A model generated the notes under the pieces. The model made no database searches and had not been told where the DNA came from. It worked only from the letters and a program-made list of their open reading frames with translations. Made by a program: the position numbers and the translations under genes. Of a stretch of DNA of 64,000 nt, positions 38,301-48,049 are shown piece after piece. How positions within the stretch are numbered: the stretch's first letter is position 1; each line of letters starts with the position of its first letter. This DNA comes from Gekko japonicus (Eukaryota): contig NW_015167585.1 of NCBI RefSeq assembly GCF_001447785.1, forward strand, positions 1-64,000, read 5' to 3'.

Positions 38301-41300
38301 GACAACCTGGTCTTTTGCATATGGAAGCTGATTGGACTTCAGTCCATTCCACACCTCAAACTCCCCCCCCCCGCAAGGCAGTTGGAATTTTCAGTTGCCT
38401 AACATACCTCATAGGGGAGAGGAGAATGGGTAACAATGGTTACCACTCTCCAGGTGAGGGCTACAGATAACTCAAACATACAAATGCTCTTCAGGTAGCA
38501 GAGATCAGTCCCTCTGGAGAAAACAGTGGACTCTGTCATTAAACCCTGCTGAGGTCGCCACAGGAAACTGACACTGTTTGCCCAAAGCCAGAGCACTCTC
38601 CCAGAGCCTCTTTCTAGATCCCGTTGTATTTATTTCTGCAACGGGCATTATTTCTAGTAAATAAATAAAACCATTGCCCTCTTCCCAGCTTGGAAGTTTC
38701 AACGTTTATATGAAAGCACAAACACAACGCATCTTTGCTTTCTTAATTAAAAACCTCAGTACAGACTGTTCTGCAAAGCTACTGTATTAAGATCTGGCGA
38801 TAGCTTGAAACATGCACCTACATCTATATTAGAGGACAGCTCTGGAGAGAAGAGATTTTGTATAACTTCAAAACAGATTCAACATGATGGCAAGATAGAC
38901 ATGCTTTTCTCTGTACCTTTTACGGTTCTTTTGGGTGTCCTCTTGTTGGTAATCTCGGTAGAGGCTGGAATTTCATCAGGATTTCCCCCTTCTTCCTCAA
39001 TGGCCTGTTAGGAAGACACAATTGTGAATATTTCTACAAGAACAGTTATCACTTTTGTGAGTCACTGCTCACTTCTTCAGATATCTGAAAAAGTGAGTAG
39101 TGCCTCACGAAAGCTCCTACCCTGCCACAAATTGTGTTAGTCTTTAAGGTGCTCCTGGACTCTTGCTCTTTTCTCCTGCTACATACATTGTATGATACTT
39201 CCTAAAAGGAGTAAAGTCAGGCTCTTCTCTGCATTTCAAAAAGGAAGTATTCACTGCCTACATAATGGATGAGAGACCCAGGAAAGTGTGGTATGAGGCC
39301 TACCCTTGTAACAGGAACAAACAGCTCAAAACTATTGTTAGACTTTTTAAAAGGAAAAAAACAGCTGAACTGAAGCAGAGGCTATCTAAACTGAAATCAC
39401 TGATGCATGGAGAGAAGTTTAGTGAAACACGCAGGGAGGCATTTTAGGATTTGCAGTTGTTGTCCTGAGAGGTTGACACCCTGGAACTCCAAGAGGTATA
39501 CTGGTGGTGATAGTCCCAACCCCCTCTGCTTCCCAACAAAGAAGTTTTAGAAAAGTAAAAACTGGTTGCTTTCCCTCGATGACTGGTGATAGCCATGCTT
39601 TAACATTAAGGTTAATCCTTGTATTCTATGACCCAACTGAAATACCCTTACCCTGCCTACACAAACATAAATTAAATAAGACAGATACACTGCCTGTTCT
39701 GTCACATCAGTTGCAAGCAAAGATTGCTTCTGAATGTCGAGTGTTGAAGAGTGTGTCCGATCCTCCACGCATTCAGCTAAACACACCTTTGTAGCAAAGT
39801 AGTGTTTATTCAAGCAATGAAGAAACTGGAACACAGGGATTGTTTGGAATGGCCAGGAAATGCAGGGCACAAGATAATAAATGGATTCATACAATGCAAT
39901 AACCAATAATCATGGTTCCTGCTTTCACAGGTGTTTCCAAAGCTCGCGCCTAAAGCCTGAGAATTGAAACGGCTCTAAAGATAAACAATTACTAGCTTCT
40001 CATGACCTAGCTCATTATAATATACGCACAGACACAACTCCAACTCCACACCTGTTAACCTTGTAGATAACTATGTTTCAAAGCAGTACTAGCATATACA
40101 GAAAGGAATGCAGATTGCAGGCTGCTGGTAGCATACATGCACAGTGGGGTCTGAGAAGAACCAGGGAGGGCAGAGATGGGGTGTACAAAGGTTACACAGA
40201 GTTCTTTGGCAGCTTGCTGACAGAGTGAAGGTCATAAGATGCACTGAGAGTATACTGGACTACTTGTGGACACGCTCAAAGCTGGGGGTCACTGGCCAGC
40301 AGACAAGGGGAAAATGAAGCGTCTGAAGGGGAAGGTTAGAAAATTTCCAGAAAACTTGGTTAATATACTTCTGCAGACTGAGGCTATTTCAGCATCATTT
40401 CTTGATAGCCATCACTGTCTACAAATATATTAAGACCATATTATGCCATCCAAACGATTGCTATATCTAGCCAAGTATGACCAGCAGTTGTTCACAAAGA
40501 CCTCAGGCAATGAGGTCTTTCCTGGACTTGCTATCTGAGCTTCAGCCAGCTTAAGTCTTACCCCAGCTATGAATTCATTGGGTAGCCTTATACATGTCAT
40601 CAATTGATCCCCACGACTGCACAGGTAACACAAGATACTTCCAGCTACCTTAGAAATTTATTGTAAGGGTAACTGAGATAATATCCAATACATGATTTAC
40701 CCAAATTTAATATCTAATAGCCCCAACATGCAGATCTAAAAATCCATTTTTTTTGGGAGGGAGGGAGCAATCAGGGCTTGAGTATGTTCCTGGTAACCTG
40801 GATTTGCCGAAAAATATGAAAACATAAAAAGGGAGAGAAATTTAAAATCATTAGAAAGTAAAAAGTGATGTCTGTACATGTGCAGACAGGCAATGCAGGA
40901 GAAAAGACACCTGGGTGGCACTATGGACCGCTGTAGCAACCTAAAATGATGCAAGTTACAACATATTGCATGGCCTCCACCTGCAGCTGGCTGTAGTAGG
41001 CAAGAGGGGAGGGGGGGCTACAAGGCCTGAGCGATGAAGGTTTGGGAGGGAAACTGGCAGCTGAGAAGGGTAGACATATTGGTGAGGGAAGGAAGCAGCA
41101 GCACATGTTGGGGGGAAGCAGCCAACGGGATTTCCCTTCTCATTGACTAGTTACTTTGAAGGAAGGACAAAACCCACCAGACAAAGATAATAATCTTGCT
41201 GAGACAGAAGACTGGTAAAGGCACATGACCTTCCTTGAAATACAGCTTGATCAATGTGCATAATTCCTGCTCTGCTTCTGCAATGTTACAGCAGAGAAGT

Positions 41301-44300
41301 GATTGGTGAATTCTAAGCCGCACTCAATTCATGCTGTTCAGCAGCAAGAAAACCTAATAGCGACCGCGTAAACCAAGCATGTGCCCTAGAACATGTCCCA
41401 GAGTCTTCTGCAACACACAGGGTATTTCAACAAACATGATGGTGTTTCCAAGATGTAATAATGCAGAAAAGGCAAGCCTGAAAGCCACTACCCTAGCACA
41501 TTACTTATAGCAAATGATGCTGAAAAGCAGAATATAAAACCTTATCTCCGTTTCAAAATTGCTGTGAAATCTGATTATTATTCCTTCTTTTTACACTTCT
41601 GTAGTAAAGGCAAAACTCCCTTTCCAAAGTGACTTATCTGGTCAATCTTCCAGAACTTTTTAACCGTCCAGAATAGAAACAAGAACTTTATTTCATAGAA
41701 TCATAGAAGCACAGAGTTGGAAGGGGCCATACAGGCCATCTATACAGGATTAAACCTGTAATTCAGTTTTTTCCAGTGCCAGCTTCAAAGCTCTGGGATA
41801 CACTAGGGATACCTTTTAAGCTCTGCTGAAGGAGAGCCCTGCGATTTTTTCATCTTGGGACAAAGAATGAATGCAGTCTAGACTACCTGGTATAAAATGG
41901 TGCTGACTTTTCTCTCTCCCTAAACGTCAAGATCAACAAAAGGGATCCCACATTCTCTCCCTCAGATCTACTGAGAAGATGGGATGGGCAAAAAAAAAAA
42001 AAGGACCTTCTTCCCTCAAGATGGGTAGCCGTGTTAGTCTGTCTGTAGCAACAGAAAAGAACAAGAGACCAACAGAACCTTAAAGACTAACACAATTTGT
42101 GGCAGGGGAGGAGCTTTCATGAGTCACTGCTCATTTCTTCAGACATCTGAAGAAGTGAGCAGTGCTTCATGAAAGCTCCTCCCCTGCCACAAATTGGTGC
42201 CTCTTTGTATGCACTGTTGGAGCAGGAGGCTGACAGCCTCTAAGATACTACTGGACTCTTGCTACTTTTCTACATCTTCCTTAGAATCACAGAGTTGGAA
42301 GGGGCCATACAGGCCATCTAGTCCAACCCCCTGCTCAATGCAGGATCAGCCTACAGCATCCCTGACAAGGGTTTGTCCAGCCGCTACTTAAAGACTGCCA
42401 GTGAGGTGGAGCTCACCACCTCCCTAGGCAGCTGATTCCACTATTGCAGAACTCTGACTGTAAAAAACTTTTCCTGATATCCTGCCAGTACCTTCCCACC
42501 CTTAATTTAAACCCATGATTACGAGTCCTATCCTCTGCTGCCAACAGGAACAGCTCCCTGCCCTCCTCCTCGAAGTGACAGCCCTTCAAACACTTCAAGA
42601 GAGCAATTATGTCCCCCTCAACCTCCTCTTCTCCAGACTCAACATTCTCAAGTCCCTCAGCCTTTCCTCATGGGGCTTGGTCTCCAGGCCTCTGATCATT
42701 CTCATCGCTCTCCTCTGCACCCCCTCCATTCTGTCCACATCCTTTTTGAAGTAAGGCCTCCAGATCAGCACACTCCAGGTGTGGCCTGACCAAAGCAATG
42801 CACAAGCAGGACTAGGACATCTTGCGATTTGGATGTTATGCCTCTGTTGATACACCCCAAGACTGCATTTGCCTTTTTTGTTGCTGTATCACACTGGCTG
42901 CTCATATTTAACCTACAGTCCACCTGTACCCCAAGATCTTGTTCACACACACTGCTACTCAGAAGTGTATCCTCCACCAGTATGCATGCTCCTCATTTTT
43001 GTTACCCAGATGTAGAACTGGGCACTTATACTTATTAAATTGCATCTTGTTCGCATCCACCCATTTTCCCAGTGTTCAGATCTCGTTGAATTCTATATCT
43101 TCTGGTGCTGCTCTTCCCAATTTGGTGTCATCTCCAAATTTAATGAGTACCCCTCCAAACCTCATCCAGATCATTTATAAAAATACTGAGAAGTACTGGG
43201 CCCAGAACCGAGCCCTGTGGCACCCAACCGGACACCTCCCTCCATTCAGATGAAATGCCACTGACAACTACAGATGGACAAATACAACCCTCCTTTTCTC
43301 CCTACCACACCTATCTGGATTTCTTTCAGCTGAAGACAGATTTATTTAGGACTGCAATTGACTGATTAACAGTTTTTATTGGCAGTCGTGATCGGAATGT
43401 TTAAACTGTTGACTTTTCATTGTGTGTTTATAACTGTTGCTTTTAAAATTTATTTAAATAATGTTTTATTTAAATTGTAAACCACCTCAAGTTCTGCATG
43501 GAAGAAAAGCAGTTAATACAGGTTTAAAATAAGTAAAACTAAATCAGTTCCTTTCCCCTCACTTGCCTTATTTTCCTTTTCCCCTTCTCACCACCTCTAT
43601 CCTCATCTGAACCTACCCCTTCAGGATTCCCTGAGTATTTGCCACTCATTTTCCTTTCTGAGAAACTTGCACCTAGGCTTTCCCAGTCTCTAATCTGGTT
43701 AAGATGGGTACCCATTAGTCTTTCTGTAGCTGTAGAAAAGAGCAAATGTCCAGGACCACCTTAAAGACTAACATTTGTGGCAGGGTAGGGGCTTTCATGA
43801 GTCAGTGCTCACTTCTTCAGATAGATCAAGATGGGTGCCTGCATTAACCTGTCTGTAGCAGGAAAAAAGAGCAAGAGACCAGTAGCACCTTAAAGACTAA
43901 CAACATTTGTAGCAGGGTAGGAGCTTTTTTCAGTCACTGCTCATTTCTTTTTCTAGCTGTATCTGAAGAAGCGAGAGCACAGGTGTAGGTGGCTCTCGGC
44001 TAACTGTTTCAACTGTTAAGAGAGGATGACTAGCCCAAATTCACCCACAGCTAAAGGGGGGGGGGAGAGAGACTTGAACCCAGCTCTCGCCTATCCTCAT
44101 GTCTGGAAGCATCAACACAGCAATTCTTAGTGGGGGTTATCCCCTAAAAATCTAATTCAAGGGGCTTTAAGTCAGCACCCTCCCCCCACCACTTGCAAAG
44201 AGCTTCAGACATCCGGAAGGGTTTTAGACTGTTTACCCCAACCTTAGCGATTAAAAAAAAATTAACCCCAGATCTCTCTTTCTTTTGGTGTAGTGGTTAT

Positions 44301-45510
44301 GGTGCTGCACTGGGAACTGGGCGACCCAGGTTCGAATCCCCATTCTTTTCATGGAAGTTCCCTGGTGACCTTGGGCCAGTCACACGCTGCCATCCCTGCC
44401 TCCCCCACAGGGTTGTTGGGTTGCCAGCAGTGTTCCCGCTGAGCTGAGTTAGTGTGAGCTAACTCACAGTTTTCTAGCTTCCAGCTCACTCCTTTTTGTT
44501 TTAGCTCAGGAAGGATGGCTCCAGACTGAACTAATTTATGCAGCAGCCAAATTGCTCACTTGCAACTTTAATGTCAGAGCCCACAAGACTCCACAGCTGA
44601 GAGGGAGCATCGGGTGCCAGGTCCCCCCTGGCCACTGATGGGGGATGGGGGGGGTAAGGGTTTCCAGATCCAGGCTGGGAAACGCCTGAAGATTTTTTTT
44701 GGGGGGGAGGGTGGAGCCTGGGGAAGCCAAGGACCTCAGCGGGATACAATGCCAGAGTCCGCCCTTCAGAGCATCCACTGTCTCCAGGGGGACGGATCTC
44801 TCTGGGGTCTGGACCGCAGTGTTCCCTCTAAGCTGAGTCAGCGTGAGCCATTTTTTTTTTTTAGCCTCCGGCTCACAGATTTTCGTCTCCGCTCAGGAAG
44901 GAGGGCTCCAGAACAACCNNNNNNNNNNNNNNNNNNNNNNNNNNACAACCGGCTTTATCCCGCAGCCGAATCGCTCGCTCACAGCTTTCATGCCGGTAGC
45001 TCATTTTTGCTCACGAGACTCCCCCACTTGGGGGAGGGGGCCTGGTCTGGAGATGAGCTGTGATTCCGGCGGATGCCCGTCTACCAATGCCCGCAAGCGC
45101 CGCAGTCAAGAGGCAGGAAGGCCCTCGGGCGGCTTTGTCCGGGCCGCCATCCCCGGGTGTTTCGCTGGCGGCTACGGAGGGCGAGGGGGGCCGGCGGGGA
45201 AAGGTCAGCAGGGCCGAGAGCGGGGCCGGGGCCCCCCGCCCCCCCCATCTTCCCGCCCCGCCGCCATCATGGCGCCGCCGCCCCCCCTCCTTTCCCTTCC
45301 CCCGTCACTGACTCTGCGGAGGCGCTCTAGGAGGACGCTCTTGTTGCCGCCGGTGTCCAGGTTGCGGCGCTTCAGCTCGGCCCTCAGGTCGATCACCCGC
45401 AGGTCGCTCAGGCGCCGGCCCACCGGGGCGGCGCTCGAAGGGGGAGGGAGGACCTGCGGCGACGCGTCTTCAGCGCCCGACCCGGGGCACTCGGACTCGG
45501 GTGCCGCCAT
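8213..45510 (-). CDS. SAFB: Scaffold attachment factor B1-like, complete 21-exon CDS (2730 nt, 909 aa): join(complement) 45313-45510, 38917-39004, 36231-36295, 35925-36125, 35384-35446, 33645-33672, 32234-32759, 31735-31781, 30164-30264, 29309-29458, 29099-29178, 28608-28738, 26424-26515, 24322-24437, 17808-18104, 16246-16377, 15667-15709, 13967-14073, 9965-10050, 9003-9051, 8213-8342
   Basis: Exons were read by hand. All have AG/GT boundaries, phases chain without a frameshift, and the total is divisible by 3, ending in TGA. Domains: SAP ([33 protein letters not shown]), RRM (GRNFWVSGL...RCYGFVTM), E/R coiled coil, and the C-terminus [14 protein letters not shown]. Residues [29 protein letters not shown] and the C-terminus resemble mammalian SAFB1 rather than SAFB2 as I recall them. 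The family is certain; the paralogue assignment is about 0.8. Confidence 0.93.
9003..9051 (-). CDS. SAFB: SAFB exon 20 (RG/RGG-rich)
   Basis: tccag|[17 protein letters not shown]|gtaagg; phase 1 to 2, as required to join exons 19 and 21. Confidence 0.88.
9965..10050 (-). CDS. SAFB: SAFB exon 19
   Basis: ttcag|[28 protein letters not shown](G)|gtaact. Confidence 0.9.
10236..10445 (+). mobile_element. Older tRNA-derived SINE
   Basis: Diverged A/B boxes and tail. Confidence 0.6.
10620..12662 (+). mobile_element. 5'-truncated CR1 LINE (decayed RT) in SAFB intron 18
   Basis: [32 protein letters not shown] motifs; TTCTTATG tail. Confidence 0.92.
12021..12086. mobile_element. 66-bp perfectly palindromic hAT MITE with 8-bp TSD
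   Basis: 33+33 nt perfect inverted repeat; GAGGACAG at 12013-12020 and 12087-12094. Confidence 0.9.
13531..13735 (+). mobile_element. hAT MITE of the CAGTGTTCCCTCTAAGCTG family
   Basis: Same left end as 12021; further copies at 44428-44590, 44817-45022 and 61501-61685 (minus). Confidence 0.75.
13967..14073 (-). CDS. SAFB: SAFB exon 18
   Basis: gccag|[35 protein letters not shown]|gtgagt. Confidence 0.94.
15667..15709 (-). CDS. SAFB: SAFB exon 17
   Basis: tccag|[14 protein letters not shown]|gtgagc, 43 nt. Confidence 0.94.
16246..16377 (-). CDS. SAFB: SAFB exon 16
   Basis: tgcag|[43 protein letters not shown]|gttagc. Confidence 0.95.
16515..16793 (-). mobile_element. tRNA-derived SINE, full length
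   Basis: Reverse complement of the 1085 family with a TCT-repeat tail. Confidence 0.88.
17808..18104 (-). CDS. SAFB: SAFB exon 15 (Glu/Arg coiled coil; NAGNAG acceptor, alternative start 18101)
   Basis: aag|cag|...[20 protein letters not shown]...KRPYDVDG(R)|gtatgc. Confidence 0.95.
19168..19362 (+). mobile_element. 5S rRNA-derived SINE
   Basis: 5S-like head plus shared 3' body. Confidence 0.75.
19450..24230 (-). mobile_element. Degenerate near-full-length DIRS-like retrotransposon in SAFB intron 14 (interrupted about 20960-21490); boundaries approximate
   Basis: Decayed RT motifs DLLEVYF (about 21850), [15 protein letters not shown] (about 21765) and LEHHGFVVN (about 21600), plus recombinase-region [20 protein letters not shown] (about 20220); many stops and frameshifts. 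Confidence 0.72.
24322..24437 (-). CDS. SAFB: SAFB exon 14
   Basis: gttag|[19 protein letters not shown]...RPRDVEH(R)|gtaagc. Confidence 0.92.
24882..25016. mobile_element. Palindromic PIF/Harbinger-like MITE
   Basis: GGCTGCGGTCACAC..GTGTGACCACAGCC TIRs, long internal inverted repeat, 3-bp TSD AGA; related copy at about 60685-60836. Confidence 0.7.
25431..25863 (-). mobile_element. tRNA-derived SINE plus tandem partial copy
   Basis: Full copy about 25580-25863 and duplicated 3' half 25431-25575. Confidence 0.85.
26186..26249. other. Assembly gap (N run)
   Basis: Run of n. Confidence 0.99.
26424..26515 (-). CDS. SAFB: SAFB exon 13
   Basis: tgtag|[31 protein letters not shown]|gtaagt. Confidence 0.95.
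26520..26654. repeat. 66-bp tandem duplication at the exon 13 acceptor
   Basis: Two near-identical units, period 66. Confidence 0.9.
27361..27543 (-). mobile_element. 5S rRNA-derived SINE
   Basis: 5S-like head on the minus strand. Confidence 0.65.
28608..28738 (-). CDS. SAFB: SAFB exon 12
   Basis: tgcag|[18 protein letters not shown]...KTPKS(G)|gtattc. Confidence 0.92.
29099..29178 (-). CDS. SAFB: SAFB exon 11
   Basis: ttcag|[26 protein letters not shown](R)|gtaata. Confidence 0.94.
29309..29458 (-). CDS. SAFB: SAFB exon 10 (RRM C-terminal half, RNP1)
   Basis: tcaag|[23 protein letters not shown]...GKIISVER|gtgagt, 150 nt. Confidence 0.96.
30164..30264 (-). CDS. SAFB: SAFB exon 9 (RRM N-terminal half, RNP2)
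   Basis: accag|[34 protein letters not shown]|gtaagt. Confidence 0.96.
30780..30990 (-). mobile_element. Older tRNA-derived SINE
   Basis: A/B boxes on the minus strand. Confidence 0.65.
31310..31465 (+). mobile_element. CR1 3' UTR fragment
   Basis: Matches the other copies. Confidence 0.82.
31735..31781 (-). CDS. SAFB: SAFB exon 8
   Basis: cttag|[16 protein letters not shown](G)|gtacgt, 47 nt. Confidence 0.92.
32234..32759 (-). CDS. SAFB: SAFB exon 7 (acidic low-complexity region)
   Basis: catag|[17 protein letters not shown]...GGDQNT|gtttgt, 526 nt. Confidence 0.95.
33645..33672 (-). CDS. SAFB: SAFB exon 6 (28-nt micro-exon)
   Basis: tgtag|DSEEHHTEP(E)|gtactg; same length and same donor as paralogue exon 6. 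Confidence 0.88.
34180..34545 (+). mobile_element. CR1 3' end fragment
   Basis: End of ORF2 plus 3' UTR and tail. Confidence 0.85.
35384..35446 (-). CDS. SAFB: SAFB exon 5
   Basis: ttcag|[21 protein letters not shown]|gtaata, 63 nt (same length as the paralogue exon). Confidence 0.9.
35925..36125 (-). CDS. SAFB: SAFB exon 4
   Basis: tacag|[25 protein letters not shown]...DQLMDNE|gtctgt, 201 nt. Confidence 0.92.
36231..36295 (-). CDS. SAFB: SAFB exon 3
   Basis: tttag|[22 protein letters not shown]|gtatgc, 65 nt. Confidence 0.95.
36622..36852 (+). mobile_element. tRNA-derived SINE
   Basis: Same family as 1085. Confidence 0.85.
36861..37040 (-). mobile_element. 5S rRNA-derived SINE
   Basis: 5S-like head on the minus strand. 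Confidence 0.72.
37297..37742. mobile_element. CpG-rich PIF/Harbinger-like MITE
   Basis: GGCTGCGGTCACACGG..CCGTGTGACTGGGGCC TIRs, 3-bp TSD ACT, undepleted CpG. Confidence 0.72.
38151..38657 (+). mobile_element. Non-autonomous Helitron (507 bp)
   Basis: A|TC start, subterminal hairpin CCCGTTG(38620)...CAACGGG(38645), CTAG|T end, no TSD. Confidence 0.78.
38917..39004 (-). CDS. SAFB: SAFB exon 2
   Basis: aacag|[29 protein letters not shown](G)|gtacag, 88 nt. Confidence 0.95.
42021..42270. mobile_element. Penelope-like element terminal repeats in inverted arrangement with hammerhead-type cores
   Basis: GTTAGTCTGTCTGTAGC..CACCTTAAAGACTAAC-type terminus; CTGAAGAA-stem-GAAAGCTC on both strands; related pieces at 39052-39182, 43700-43970, 45900-46120, 51025-51145 and 58060-58205. 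Confidence 0.72.
42282..43270 (-). mobile_element. CR1 LINE 3' fragment (second subfamily)
   Basis: [43 protein letters not shown] motifs. Confidence 0.9.
44428..45022 (+). mobile_element. Two hAT MITEs of the same family flanking a GGGTTGCC-type repeat fragment
   Basis: CAGTGTTCCC..AGCTGAGT starts at 44428 and 44817. Confidence 0.7.
44919..44944. other. Assembly gap (N run; ACAACC on both sides suggests overlapping contig ends)
   Basis: Run of n. Confidence 0.99.
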
Positions 45511-45740
45511 CGCGACTGGCGGCTCGGATCTTTCTTGCCCCCGTTCGCAGCAAGGGCGGCGGCCGAGGAAGAGCCCACTGTCCCGTCTCGCCCACCGCTC
45601 CCTCAGACAAAATGGCGGGAAGGCACCGGCCGTCGAGAGACACAGGCGGAGAAGCCCTGCGCACGCGCGAAGGCACGGGGCCGTGCGCGCCTGCGCGGAG
45701 GGGCGGGGCTCTCCTTTCCTAGCCTGGAAGATCGCCTGAG
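45060..45740 (-). promoter_or_regulatory. CpG island / promoter of SAFB, with YY1 (CCGCCATTTTG, 45608-45618 minus) and NRF1-like motifs (45658-45668, 45687-45696)
   Basis: Very high GC and CpG density around exon 1; motif matches read directly. Confidence 0.8.
45313..45510 (-). CDS. SAFB: SAFB exon 1 (ATG, SAP domain)
   Basis: MAAPESEC...LLERLRR, then donor AGA|GTCAGT; lies in a CpG island. Confidence 0.95.
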
Positions 45741-45789
45741 CCAGGGGGCACCTTTAAGACCAAGGAAGTTAAATCCTGGGTGTAAGTCC

Positions 45790-45898
45790 CACTGCTGGAC
45801 CTCCTGATGGCACCTGGTATTTTTGGCCACTGTGTGACAGAGTGTTGGACTAGATGGGCCATTGGCCTGATCCAACATTGGCTTCTCTTATGTTCTTA
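45790..45898 (+). mobile_element. CR1 3' tail directly upstream of the SAFB promoter
   Basis: Matches the other copies. Confidence 0.82.
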
Positions 45899-47454
45899 TA
45901 AGTTTTCGTGTACAAGCACAGTTCTTCAGGTATCTTGAAACAGACTTCCTCAAGCCTTACATATTGCGGGGGGGTTAGAAACAGACTTCCTCAAGCCTTA
46001 CATATAGGTATAGGGTTTCTAACCCTCCACCCTCTTTCTACCCCTACGTAAGGCTTGAGGAAGTCTGTTTCAATGTATCTGAAGAACTTAGCATGCATAC
46101 GAAAATGTACACCCAAACTTTGAACTGTTGCGTCAGGGCAACACAGCTACCCACCAGATTAGTAGGGAAATATGTCATCCTTTTGCTTTTCAAAATATTA
46201 TAACCCTAACATAAGATTATTGCAAGGTGCCCTGAACCATGACGAAGGCTAGTACGGAAATGTTTTAATAAATTATCATGAGGGACCTTTTAAAAAAAAG
46301 GAACCGAACTGTAGTCTATTCCAATGCTCATCATATGTATTATCCTGCTCTTTCTGCATTGTTTTCTACTTTTGTAATTCCACTTTCTCTGTTTATGGTA
46401 TATTGAGTCTGACACCTTTCTTAATTTTTGAGATCCTAGTCATGTGTCATTGTTTATTGGATCTTTGTGCTGTCTGAGTACAGTATTCTGTATGTTGTGA
46501 TCTGCCTTGAGTCTCAGCAAAAAGGCATATACATTTATTTACAGATTTCTATAAATTTAATTGTTGTGTTTTAATTATGCATGTTTTATTCTGTATTTAT
46601 GTTACCCGGAAGCCACCCTGAGCCTGCTTTGTGGGGAGGGTGGGGTACAAATTTGATAATAAATAAATAAATATGCTTTTTATGATTGAGACTCAAAACG
46701 ACTACATAGAAGGCATTAAATAAAATTTAAGTACAGAAGGCATTAAAATAAATTTATTTTGATTTTAAGACTACAAAATTAGAAAACAAAATTAAATACT
46801 AGTATTATATGACAGTGCAATAAAACTGGATTTCAGAATTAGAGAACATGGAAATAAAAAGTATATATCCAGTAAATACAAAATGGAAATCTAATTTCCA
46901 CACATTAAAAATAGAATCCTATTGCTTTTATAAAAAGCCCTCTTCAGCAATTCTGGTTCACTGAAATCTTATTTTATTTGATACGTATAAAATCTTTAAT
47001 TGCAAAATGTTAACAAGTATACCCAATTCCCTTTATAAAAATGCCCTCTTGAACTCCTTCGTTCTCCACATTTAGAGGAGGTCCAATTTTTTTTTTTTAA
47101 ATACCTAGCCTGAAAAGAATTCTGCATGGTCTTAGTTAAATGTGGGCATTCTGGCAACGATATAACGGTAAGAAACAGGAGTCTAGTAATGCTTAAAGGC
47201 CCAATAAAGCTTATTTCAGAAGCTTTCGTGGATCGCAGCCACTTGTCTTCAGATGGAAGTCCTCTCATTGCAGAGGGATAGAGCGGCTCCATCTTTTGTG
47301 TTTTTGGTCAGTCACACAATCGAGTTTGCCTCTTTGCCATCCCATGGGCCTGTATCACACCAGGCCCTCCTCTCTTCTACAGTTTCTCCATTAGGCGTTT
47401 ACACGGCAACTGGAAGTGTTACTTCATGTACTCTTCCTCAATGGCCTCCATTTT

Positions 47455-47825
47455 TGTTGTTGTTCAGTCGCACAGTCAAGTGCGACTCTTTGCGACCCCA
47501 TGGACCAGATCACGCCAGGCCTTCCTGTCTTCCACCATCCTCTGAAATTGGCTGAATTTCATGGTTGCATGGACCAGATCACACCAGGCCTTCCTGTCTT
47601 CCGCCATCCTCTGAAGTTGGCTGAATTTCATGGTTGCATCTATGACACTGTCTAACCATCTTATCCTTTGCCGTCCCTGTCTTCTTTGACCTTCAATCTT
47701 TCCCAGCATCAGGGTCTTCTCCAGGGAGTGCCCCTTCTCATTTGGTGGCCAAAGTATTTGAGCTTCAGTTTCACTATCTGGCCTTCCAGAGAACAGTCAG
47801 GGTTGATTTCTTTTAGGATTGACTT
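47455..47825 (-). mobile_element. BovB (RTE clade) LINE 3' fragment with an internal tandem duplication of about 60 bp
   Basis: MLGKIEGQRRQGRQRIRWLDSV; CAA-repeat tail. Confidence 0.88.
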
Positions 47826-48049
47826 TTAGGATTGGCCTCCATGGGAATGACCAAAAAATGCAGCGCACGCGCACTACCTTTCTGTGTGTAGGGCTAGGGA
47901 AACGAAAGGAGTTGTGTGAAATAAGTAGAAAGACTTGCTTGAACGAATGCATGTTCTCGCAGTTTCCTAATAAGGCCCTTTATCTTTATTAACTTTCAAA
48001 AAAGGGCATTTATTGCTTAGGGATAAATAATTCCCAACGCTTGAATATC

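Noticed and set aside
44843-45739. 298-aa plus-strand ORF
   Set aside because: Antisense shadow of the GC-rich exon 1 island; starts in a MITE and spans an N-gap.
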